From a virus (Duplodnaviria; Caudoviricetes), in the IMG/VR virus record IMGVR_UViG_3300031992_000016, positions 32,001-96,000 of that record: a stretch of 64,000 bases of DNA; one strand, given 5' to 3'. The translations under genes and the position numbers were made by a program. The notes under the pieces are model-generated. The model had not been told where the DNA came from. It did no database searches and saw nothing but the letters and a program-made list of their open reading frames with translations. Of this stretch, positions 16,980 to 24,984 are shown one piece after another (position 1 is the first letter of the stretch; each line of letters begins with the position of its first letter).

Positions 16980-17277
16980 CTCAAATACGCATAAAACAAC
17001 TTATACTAATGGTTTTTGTAAAGAGATGCTCGATGGTAATGCGGCTAGAATACTCGCGCGTCAGAAAGAAATTGAATATCTGCGCTCATTAAATGTATGG
17101 AAACGAGTTGTAGAAAATGCACCTACTTTAGAAGCTGCCGCAGAAACTTTTAAAGATATGATAGCTTATATGGTATGCTGGCTACATAATTACGTCAATT
17201 TACCAGTTGTGCAAGTGTTACCATGGGAAATTATTTATCAAGAGTATATATTCTATAAGGAGGAGTATCATGACTAA
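16948..17277 (+). CDS. hypothetical protein
   Basis: Open frame in operon. Confidence 0.6.
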   Translation: MKYLIVLGYRDSNTHKTTYTNGFCKEMLDGNAARILARQKEIEYLRSLNVWKRVVENAPTLEAAAETFKDMIAYMVCWLHNYVNLPVVQVLPWEIIYQEYIFYKEEYHD

Positions 17278-17395
17278 GGAACAGAAAGTCGAGCAGCTTC
17301 AAGCGCGTAAAAAGAGGATCCTGTCGCGTGGTTATTATAATATGAGAATTGCGAATAAAATTGATCGCAAAATTAGGAGGATTCAAAATGGATGA
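17270..17395 (+). CDS. small basic protein
   Basis: GGAGGAG RBS. Confidence 0.55.
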   Translation: MTKEQKVEQLQARKKRILSRGYYNMRIANKIDRKIRRIQNG

Positions 17396-17597
17396 ATTTT
17401 TTAAAGTAATTGGAGTATTAGTGCTACTTGCGCTTCTTATCTTCCTCGGTCCGCTCGTTGTGATGATTGGTTGGAATTGTGCGCGAGAAGCATGGCCAAT
17501 GCTTCCAGTACTGTCTTATTGGCAGGTATTTTGGATGACAAATGGTTTGAGCCTGATTTTTAAAACAACCACAACTGGTCGCTACAAAAATGATTAA
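17388..17597 (+). CDS. small membrane protein
   Basis: AGGAGG RBS; hydrophobic. Confidence 0.6.
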   Translation: MDEFFKVIGVLVLLALLIFLGPLVVMIGWNCAREAWPMLPVLSYWQVFWMTNGLSLIFKTTTTGRYKND

Positions 17598-17600
17598 TTA

Positions 17601-17647
17601 ATCAAGGGATTTACTCCCTTGATTTTTTTATAATTTTTTGATATAAT
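17601..17647 (+). promoter_or_regulatory. terminator hairpin fused to sigma-A promoter
   Basis: ATCAAGGGA-TTTAC-TCCCTTGAT; TTGATT 17619, TATAAT 17642. Confidence 0.75.
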
Positions 17648-17672
17648 ATATATAGAAAGCGAGGGAAGAAGT

Positions 17673-18413
17673 ATGAACTACTATGCAATGGGTGACATTC
17701 ATGGCCGTGCAGATTTGTTCTGGAATGCAGTAGAATTTATGAGTCATGATGCTGCGCCAGGTAAGTGGCATTGTTATTTTCTTGGCGATGCCTGTGACCG
17801 TGGCCCTGATGGTTGGGAACTCATTAAAATCCTATTGGACAATCCTAACCTATTTACATATCTCTTGGGCAATCATGAAGATATGTTACTCAAAGCAATT
17901 GCATCATTAAAATCAGTAGCGCGATTTCATAATCTAGACATCACTGATTATGATGCAATAAGAGAGAATACTTATTCTCAAAACGTGGCACTTTGTGATT
18001 ATAATGGCGGCGACCCAACTATGAGAGCGGCGCTGAAAGACCCAAAGCTCAATGAATATGTTTTAAAGCTAAGACAGCTTCCACTTACTGCATCTCATGG
18101 AGTAATTGATATGTGCCATGCCGGTTGTACCATTGGCGATTGGGAGCGGTTAAAGGACGTTCGCAATGATGAGGCTATTGACATCTTCTGCTGGGACCGT
18201 GAGCATTTTGGGGCACCCTGGTATGAAAATCGTATTTTGCTTCATGGCCATACTCCAATAGTTAGCAGCCATTTTAGACCTTGGAAAGATTATGGCCCAT
18301 ATAAGACTGGCGAAAAAGTAAATCTTGATGCTGGCGCAGTTTGGACCAATGAACTTTATCTTTATGATTTTCAACAGCAAGATGTTGTAGTAATTCACGC
18401 TATTGAAAATTAA
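17673..18413 (+). CDS. PPP-family (lambda-type) Ser/Thr phosphatase / metallophosphoesterase
   Basis: GDIHG, GDACDRG, GNHE, HAG, HGHTP, LDAG. Confidence 0.9.
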   Translation: MNYYAMGDIHGRADLFWNAVEFMSHDAAPGKWHCYFLGDACDRGPDGWELIKILLDNPNLFTYLLGNHEDMLLKAIASLKSVARFHNLDITDYDAIRENTYSQNVALCDYNGGDPTMRAALKDPKLNEYVLKLRQLPLTASHGVIDMCHAGCTIGDWERLKDVRNDEAIDIFCWDREHFGAPWYENRILLHGHTPIVSSHFRPWKDYGPYKTGEKVNLDAGAVWTNELYLYDFQQQDVVVIHAIEN

Positions 18414-18431
18414 TAAAAAATTTGGTATAAT
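18403..18431 (+). promoter_or_regulatory. sigma-A-type promoter
   Basis: TTGAAA-17-TGgTATAAT. Confidence 0.75.
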
Positions 18432-18466
18432 ATATATGTAAGATAAAGAAAGGGGTTTGGTAAGAA

Positions 18467-18676
18467 ATGAAAGATACTTGCTATTGTATTTATCGTCATG
18501 ATGACCCTGACAATCCATTCTTTTTTGAAGATGCTGATTCTGCAATGTTCGTAATGAAGTACATTAATCCTGAGTACCGTGATAGATATAAGGTTGAAAA
18601 GTGTATGTCTCCGTTTATGGACCCTTGCGAAGCGATTGATAGAATTAACATGTTTGAAAATAAATATGGAGAGTGA
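18467..18676 (+). CDS. hypothetical protein
   Basis: Follows promoter and RBS. Confidence 0.6.
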   Translation: MKDTCYCIYRHDDPDNPFFFEDADSAMFVMKYINPEYRDRYKVEKCMSPFMDPCEAIDRINMFENKYGE

Positions 18677-18681
18677 GATAT

Positions 18682-18948
18682 ATGGCACGTGGAGTTAATG
18701 CTTTTGAATCTCATGACTTTTATTGTATGTGCTGCGGCAATAAAGGTATTCCGCTATCACGACAGGTTGGCAAAAACCGCGGCGCGCAACATCGCAAACT
18801 TCTATATTGTATCTACTGTCAAAAGCGCGTAAATCATATCGAATGTCGTAATGAGCAAGAAGTCAAAGCGTTCAAGGAGGATTTTGAAAATGGACTCTAT
18901 CTTGATGAAGCAGTCGCAGAACTTAACTATGCAGATGCCCATGCGTAA
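18682..18948 (+). CDS. Zn-binding protein
   Basis: CMCCG...HRKLLYCIYC...NHIEC. Confidence 0.65.
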   Translation: MARGVNAFESHDFYCMCCGNKGIPLSRQVGKNRGAQHRKLLYCIYCQKRVNHIECRNEQEVKAFKEDFENGLYLDEAVAELNYADAHA

Positions 18949-19432
18949 GCCTATTCTATACATTATGTGCGGCATTCCTGGTAGCGGTAAATCTACCCTC
19001 GCTGAGAAGCTGATGCGCGACAAGGCTGATGAAGATATTCGATATGTTTCTCGTGATGAAATTCGGTTCCATTTACTTAAAGAAGGAGAAGATTACTTCT
19101 CTCATGAAGATGAAGTATATGATCGTTTTGTTGGAACCATTGCTAATACCCTGATTGATGGATTTGATGTCATTGCAGACGCAACTCACTGCAATCATGG
19201 CTCTCGGGCGAAGCTGTATAATTATCTGCGACTGTGGCATATGCCGCCCGAAGATTATGATGTTGTGTTTATCCAGATGACTACTTCTTTTGAAGAGTGC
19301 ATGAAGCGTAATGATTTGCGCGAAGGTGTGACTCATGTGCCAAAGTCTGTTATGAAGCGCATGTGGGCGCAGAGCACTTATCCTACTAAGCATGAATTCT
19401 CTAATGTTAAGGACGTGATCTATCATGAGTGA
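18941..19432 (+). CDS. P-loop kinase (AAA_33 / polynucleotide-kinase-like)
   Basis: CGIPGSGKST; SRDEIR; DATH; RN..R...VP. Confidence 0.85.
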   Translation: MRKPILYIMCGIPGSGKSTLAEKLMRDKADEDIRYVSRDEIRFHLLKEGEDYFSHEDEVYDRFVGTIANTLIDGFDVIADATHCNHGSRAKLYNYLRLWHMPPEDYDVVFIQMTTSFEECMKRNDLREGVTHVPKSVMKRMWAQSTYPTKHEFSNVKDVIYHE

Positions 19433-20030
19433 AATTTTTTTCACTTCTGACACTCACTTCTGCCACGAACAAGATTTTCTTTATGCACCACGCGGATGCT
19501 CATCTACTGAGGAAATGACAGAAAAGATTGTAAATCGTTGGAATGAAGTTGTAGGAAAAAATGATATTGTTTATCATCTCGGTGATGTGCTGATGGGACA
19601 TTATGATGTTAATATCCTATCCAGACTCAATGGTTCGATTAAATTAATTAGAGGCAATCATGACACCGATAAGAAATTGCGCGACATCTACGCGATTGGT
19701 AAATTGGCTACTGATAATATACTTACTAGCGAACTTATAAAGTTCGGCAAACTTTCGCTATTCTTGTGCCACTATCCAGTCCTTACTGCCAATTTCGATG
19801 ATAGGCATTTCAGTCAGCACGTGATTTCCCTGCATGGGCACACACATCAATCAAAGAACTGGTTATTCCCCTCTAACCCGTTCATATATCATGTGGGCCT
19901 TGATTCACACGATTGTTATCCGGTTCATATTGAAACCATCATTCAAGACATTAAGAACCGATGGAATGAATTGGGTACAATCAACGGCATACACCCTCTC
20001 GTCTCTGTAATGCCGGAATATCCCCTGTAA
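19425..20030 (+). CDS. calcineurin-like metallophosphoesterase
   Basis: FTSDTHF, YHLGD, GNHD, CHYP, LHGHTH. Confidence 0.9.
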   Translation: MSEIFFTSDTHFCHEQDFLYAPRGCSSTEEMTEKIVNRWNEVVGKNDIVYHLGDVLMGHYDVNILSRLNGSIKLIRGNHDTDKKLRDIYAIGKLATDNILTSELIKFGKLSLFLCHYPVLTANFDDRHFSQHVISLHGHTHQSKNWLFPSNPFIYHVGLDSHDCYPVHIETIIQDIKNRWNELGTINGIHPLVSVMPEYPL

Positions 20031-20036
20031 ATGACT

Positions 20037-20062
20037 GAGCCTACACAAAGTAGGCTCTTTTT
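20037..20062 (+). terminator. intrinsic terminator
   Basis: GAGCCTAC-ACAAA-GTAGGCTC followed by TTTT. Confidence 0.8.
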
Positions 20063-20147
20063 GTATCTACCACACCCTGAACTGCGATAACGGCCGGTGC
20101 CCCGGTCGGATGCACGCTAGCAAATTTTTTTACCAAAAAGGGCATAT

Positions 20148-20176
20148 TTGACTTTTTCCATTTTTTTTGCTATAAT
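20148..20176 (+). promoter_or_regulatory. sigma-A-type promoter
   Basis: TTGACT-17-TGcTATAAT. Confidence 0.8.
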
Positions 20177-20198
20177 AATTTCAAAGGAGTGAATTAAA

Positions 20199-20648
20199 AT
20201 GAAGCCAATAGTGTTTGATAAAATAGACCACACTACAATTTGTAAGCGACAGGTCAGAAATAAAATTTATACTGGTAAAGCAATCTGCCATCCGCACGAT
20301 TATGATTTTGAAAGCACGCTTGTAGGATAGAACTATGCTTATAGTCGTTCTCTTATTGCTGAGCTATGTGATAATCGTGATGCAAAAGCAGAGCAATTAA
20401 AAGTGTTAAAGCATGTGTATAATATTATGGAACAAAATAAAAATGTGCGCTTAGAAAGCGAGGAGTGCTATATCCTTCGTCGGCAGATTACTGTAACTGA
20501 GCGCGACTTACAGGAACTGCGCGATCTTATTCGCGCGATGAGAAAAGACTTACGCAACACTATTGAAGGGAGAGACAAAATGTATGCACGACTTCGAGAA
20601 ATCAGACGAGAACAAAATGTATCTAATTATGACACCGAGCGCGTTTAA
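20199..20648 (+). CDS. hypothetical protein (1 TAG)
   Basis: AGGAG RBS; GKAICHPHDYDF motif; TAG 20328 in frame with track ORF 20403. Confidence 0.7.
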
Positions 20649-21027
20649 ACAAATTGTATGGCATGGAGAATTGGCGCACCTAATGGAAAATATGAAAGCC
20701 AATGACCATAAGGTATATGTATATTCAGAAGTATATGAAGATTATGTATCTAGTTTTGAAAGTATGCCGCACTCTGAGGATATATTAAAATATTATTATG
20801 ATTTACATTTTATTCCACAAAGAACAAATACAACAGATGATATACGTTGTTTTGTAAATACATATTGTCCAGACAATGTATTAATTGTTGTATATAGTTT
20901 AGCAGAATTTAATTACCTCAATCGACTATTTAGCAATGATGAATTAATTCCTTATACAGATCCGCGTATATATGATTGGCCCATAGATAAAATTTTGTTA
21001 GACGTTAATAACAGATTTGGGGGCTAA
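20617..21027 (+). CDS. hypothetical protein
   Basis: Open frame; start uncertain. Confidence 0.55.
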   Translation: MYLIMTPSAFKQIVWHGELAHLMENMKANDHKVYVYSEVYEDYVSSFESMPHSEDILKYYYDLHFIPQRTNTTDDIRCFVNTYCPDNVLIVVYSLAEFNYLNRLFSNDELIPYTDPRIYDWPIDKILLDVNNRFGG

Positions 21028-21036
21028 AATTTGAAA

Positions 21037-21083
21037 AGTCAAGTAGGGAGATACTTGACTTTTTTTTATTTTTATGTTATAAT
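21037..21083 (+). promoter_or_regulatory. terminator hairpin fused to sigma-A promoter
   Basis: AGTCAAGTA-GGGAGA-TACTTGACT; TTGACT 21055, TATAAT 21078. Confidence 0.75.
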
Positions 21084-21108
21084 ATAAATGTGAAAGGATG
21101 AAAAGAGT

Positions 21109-21318
21109 ATGAGTAATTTAGAAAAAGTTGAATTTACGTGTCCAGAATGTGGCACACAATGGACAGAATGGCAAGACCCAAGTGATGATTGGTTTAAACT
21201 GGCTACCAATCAAACTTTATGCGCAAACTGTGGCAAAGAAGTAATGAAACGGATTATCGACAAAATGGAGGATTCAGATAATGAAGTTTTATCTAGCTGG
21301 CCCCGTAATCACGGATAA
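21109..21318 (+). CDS. Zn-ribbon protein
   Basis: CPECG...CANCG. Confidence 0.6.
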   Translation: MSNLEKVEFTCPECGTQWTEWQDPSDDWFKLATNQTLCANCGKEVMKRIIDKMEDSDNEVLSSWPRNHG

Positions 21319-21823
21319 TAAAGAAATTAAACAACAGATGGAAAAATTAGAAAAAGCCATCTATTGTATGAGATTGCCAGCCATTAATCCCGGCGAATGT
21401 GATATGCGCGATGATTATCCCGAGGTTTATAGACCTGGCAAGCATAAAGTACCAAATGCCTGGGGCATTGATATGGCGACTTGGGGTCAATGTGTATTTA
21501 CAATGGACGTGGTTGCCATTGATGAATGTGATTGGATGGTACTCGCGGACTATGGACGACAGGCCACAGCCGGCACTAGCTGGGAAGCAGGATATGCGTT
21601 CGCCAAAGGAGTAAAAATCCTTGTTGTGCAGATGCCGGGCGTAAAAGAAAGTAGTCTTATGACGCAAGGCTGCGCTGCGAATATCTGTAAATATGAAGAC
21701 TTTATTAGTGGTCTTGACTGCGATGAAGATAATTGGCGTGAATGGGATACAATTTGGGATGCTAAATTCAACCAGTTTTTCTTTGAGCGCGGTCGTGTGA
21801 AAAAAGAAATAACGCTAAACTGA
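21281..21823 (+). CDS. second nucleoside 2-deoxyribosyltransferase-like protein
   Basis: MKFYLAGP...DVVAIDECD...AGTSWEAGYAFAKG. Confidence 0.8.
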   Translation: MKFYLAGPVITDNKEIKQQMEKLEKAIYCMRLPAINPGECDMRDDYPEVYRPGKHKVPNAWGIDMATWGQCVFTMDVVAIDECDWMVLADYGRQATAGTSWEAGYAFAKGVKILVVQMPGVKESSLMTQGCAANICKYEDFISGLDCDEDNWREWDTIWDAKFNQFFFERGRVKKEITLN

Positions 21824-21835
21824 GGAGATAATTAA

Positions 21836-23740
21836 GTGAGTATTCATTTAGATTATGGTGTAAAAGATATAAAAACACTGGAAGGGATGGAAGCAATTCG
21901 TACCAGACCTGGTATGTATATTGGTTCTGTTGGCCCAGAAGGTGTTTGGCAAATTACATTGGAAATTATTTCTAATGCAATAGATGAATATCTGGTTGGT
22001 GCATGTGATAATATCGCTGTTACTATTGAGCCGCCATATGTAACCATCAGTGATAATGGCCGTGGCGTTCCTTTTGGTAAAAATGCTGATGGCGAAGAAG
22101 TATTAATTAATATTTATACAAAACTACATACTGGCGCTAAATTTGATAGTGATGGTAATACTGGTTATAATACTTCTGGCGGTATGAACGGCGTTGGCGC
22201 GAAAGCTACTAACGCACTATCTTCCTTTTTTAGAGTAGATAGTTTCCGTGATGGGAAACATGCACATGCTATTTTTAAGCAAGGACAACTTCAAGAGTAT
22301 AAAGTAGAACCATATGATGGAAAGGGTCATGGCACTAATGTGCGGTTTATCCCAGATGATAGCATTTTTACAGAAGGTATTGATTGCGACGTAACTCGCC
22401 TTCGTAAGCAACTTTGGGAACTCGCATATTTGTCTCCCGGTCTTCATTTTGCTCTCACCGTTGATGGGAAATGTGAGCAAATTGAGAGCAAAAATGGTCT
22501 TCTTGATTATCTGGACGTCTTAACTCAAAATCATAATAAATTAACCCAATCCTTTTCCGCAGAAACACAGCAAGATAGGATGCGGGTGCGGTTGGCATTG
22601 GTATATACTGATACATATAGTGATACGTATAAGCTCTTTACCAATAGTATCCCAAATACATCTGGTACGCATTTGACTGGTTTCCGTACCGCACTTACGC
22701 AAACAATCAATAAGTTTGCGCGTGCAAAGGGATTGCTAAAAGAAAAAGAAGATAATTTCACATCTGATGATTTAAAGGAAGGTTTAACGCTTATCCTTTC
22801 TTTAACAATGCCTGACCCAATATTTAGTGGGCAGACCAAAGATGTATTGACATCTGCGGAAGGCAGAACAATAGTTCAAAGTCTGTGCGCGAGTGAGTTA
22901 AATAATTGGTTCGCACAGAATGAAAAAGATGCGAAGGCTATTGTTAATAAAGCATTACTAGCACGTAAAGCAAGAGAGAGCGCACGCAAAGCAAAGGAAA
23001 ATACTCGTAACGCTGCAGTTAAGAACACAAGAATTACATTACCTGGTAAATTGGCAGATTGTAGCTCTAAAAATCGTAGCAGTTGTGAAGTATTTATTGT
23101 AGAGGGCGATAGCGCGGCTGGTAGTGCGAAAGAAGCGCGTGATCGCAACACTCAGGCAATTCTGCCAATCCGTGGTAAAATTCTAAATGTATTAAAAGCG
23201 GATTTAAACAAAGCTATGAGCAATGAAGAAATCAAGAGTATGATAGTTGGATTTGGTCTGCAAGTGCAGGGCAATAAAATTATTCTTGATGAATCAAAAC
23301 TCCGTTATGGTAAAATTATTATTATGGCCGATGCTGATGTGGATGGCGACCATATTAGATGTTTGTTTTTGACTTTCATTTGGAAGTTTTGTCCAGAACT
23401 TATTACCAAGGGATATATCTATGCCGCAGTGCCCCCATTGTTTAGAATTATCAAAGGCAAAGAATCATTTTATATTAAAGATGAAGCGGCATTGGCTGAG
23501 TATCAAAATAAAAATGCGTCAAGTAAATATCAAGTAAAACGTTTTAAAGGCTTAGGCGAAATGCCAGTAGAAGATTTGGAAGAATCTACTATGTCTATCC
23601 AAAACCGCACTTTAAAACAAATTACAATGAGTGATGTGCTGGGCGCAGCAGCTATGTTTAATAATCTGATGGGAGAGAGCAGCATTGCAAGAAAGAAATT
23701 CATCGAAGAAAACGCTGAACGGGCACAGCTTGATATATAA
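21836..23740 (+). CDS. gyrB: type IIA topoisomerase subunit B (GyrB/ParE-like)
   Basis: RPGMYIG, EIISNAIDE, DNGRG, VEGDSA, PIRGKILN, DADVDG, KGLGEM. Confidence 0.92.
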   Translation: MSIHLDYGVKDIKTLEGMEAIRTRPGMYIGSVGPEGVWQITLEIISNAIDEYLVGACDNIAVTIEPPYVTISDNGRGVPFGKNADGEEVLINIYTKLHTGAKFDSDGNTGYNTSGGMNGVGAKATNALSSFFRVDSFRDGKHAHAIFKQGQLQEYKVEPYDGKGHGTNVRFIPDDSIFTEGIDCDVTRLRKQLWELAYLSPGLHFALTVDGKCEQIESKNGLLDYLDVLTQNHNKLTQSFSAETQQDRMRVRLALVYTDTYSDTYKLFTNSIPNTSGTHLTGFRTALTQTINKFARAKGLLKEKEDNFTSDDLKEGLTLILSLTMPDPIFSGQTKDVLTSAEGRTIVQSLCASELNNWFAQNEKDAKAIVNKALLARKARESARKAKENTRNAAVKNTRITLPGKLADCSSKNRSSCEVFIVEGDSAAGSAKEARDRNTQAILPIRGKILNVLKADLNKAMSNEEIKSMIVGFGLQVQGNKIILDESKLRYGKIIIMADADVDGDHIRCLFLTFIWKFCPELITKGYIYAAVPPLFRIIKGKESFYIKDEAALAEYQNKNASSKYQVKRFKGLGEMPVEDLEESTMSIQNRTLKQITMSDVLGAAAMFNNLMGESSIARKKFIEENAERAQLDI

Positions 23741-24356
23741 TGCCTGGCATCATGCAAAGACAATTCGCAAACATCGACGATGGGTGCGGCGATACTGTTT
23801 TAAAATAGGACTATATAAGAGAGGATTGATGCATGACTTCTCTAAATATTCTCCTATTGAATTTTTCACTTCAATAAAGTATTATACTGGTACAACTTCA
23901 CCGATTATTGAAGAGAAAAATCAAACAGGTGGATACTCTTTGGCATGGTTGCATCACAAAGGGCACAATCCTCATCACTATGAATATTGGATGGACAATT
24001 TTGATAAAAGCAAACAATATAATTTAACTCCGCAATGTCATTGTATGCCTTTTGAAGACTTTGCGGAACTAGTATGCGACTACCTTGGCGCCGCTCGCGC
24101 CTACGGTAAAAACTTCTCATATGCACATGAGTTAGATTGGTGGAGAGATAGACGCACTCGTATATCTATGCATCCAGCTAATGGTTTAATGTTAGATATT
24201 ATATTTCATGATTTAGCAGAAGCAGAAGCTATTAATGAAGTAAAAGAATTGTTTGCTAGGGATTATCTTGAAGCAGTATATAATGCAAATTGTCCAGTAT
24301 ATCTACGCACTAAAAATTACAAAGGAATACCACCATATATTCCATATGGAGACTAA
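23685..24356 (+). CDS. DUF5662-like HD-type protein
   Basis: HDFSKYSPIEF, AWLHHKGHNPHHYEYW, ELVCD; start uncertain. Confidence 0.7.
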   Translation: MQERNSSKKTLNGHSLIYNAWHHAKTIRKHRRWVRRYCFKIGLYKRGLMHDFSKYSPIEFFTSIKYYTGTTSPIIEEKNQTGGYSLAWLHHKGHNPHHYEYWMDNFDKSKQYNLTPQCHCMPFEDFAELVCDYLGAARAYGKNFSYAHELDWWRDRRTRISMHPANGLMLDIIFHDLAEAEAINEVKELFARDYLEAVYNANCPVYLRTKNYKGIPPYIPYGD

Positions 24357-24357
24357 A

Positions 24358-24984
24358 ATGCAACATATAGAGATATATACAGATGGTAGTGCCGCAAAAG
24401 CACGAAGTGGATGGGGATTTGTAGCAGTAGTAGATAATAAAATAATTACAAAAGCACAAAGTTTGCCAAAAGGCACAACTAACCAACATGCAGAATTGGT
24501 CGCCGCATTACAAGCATTAGATTGGTGGCGAGAACATTACCATGATGTATCATGTACAATTTATAGTGATAGCGCTTATCTAGTAAATTGTTACATTGAT
24601 GGTTGGTGGAAAAATTGGGTAAATAATGGTTGGTATAATACTTCTAAACAACCAGTAGTAAATAAAGAGGTGTGGCAATTACTGGTGCCGTATTTTACCA
24701 ATCCATATGTCCATATATGTAAAGTAACCGCGCATGTTGGTCATACTTATAATGAACTAGCTGATAAGCTAGCTCGTGGTATTGCTGTACCCAATTTTCA
24801 AGAAGAAATTAATTTGACAAAAACAAATAAATATGATATAATAAGTATAGAATTAAGTAATATTTTACTTGGTTTTCATGCAAATAAAAAATCTTATAAT
24901 GAAACAATTCATGCAATTATGAATATTATGATTAGGGAAGGAGTACAAATGGATGGAGAATATTATTCAAACACCGATAATTGA
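24358..24984 (+). CDS. rnhA: ribonuclease HI
   Basis: YTDGS, TNQHAEL, SDSAY, W..NGW, HVG...NELADKLA. Confidence 0.9.
   Translation: MQHIEIYTDGSAAKARSGWGFVAVVDNKIITKAQSLPKGTTNQHAELVAALQALDWWREHYHDVSCTIYSDSAYLVNCYIDGWWKNWVNNGWYNTSKQPVVNKEVWQLLVPYFTNPYVHICKVTAHVGHTYNELADKLARGIAVPNFQEEINLTKTNKYDIISIELSNILLGFHANKKSYNETIHAIMNIMIREGVQMDGEYYSNTDN
24814..24842 (+). promoter_or_regulatory. internal sigma-A promoter for topoisomerase subunit A
   Basis: TTGACA-17-TGaTATAAT inside the RNase H C-terminal extension. Confidence 0.75.
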
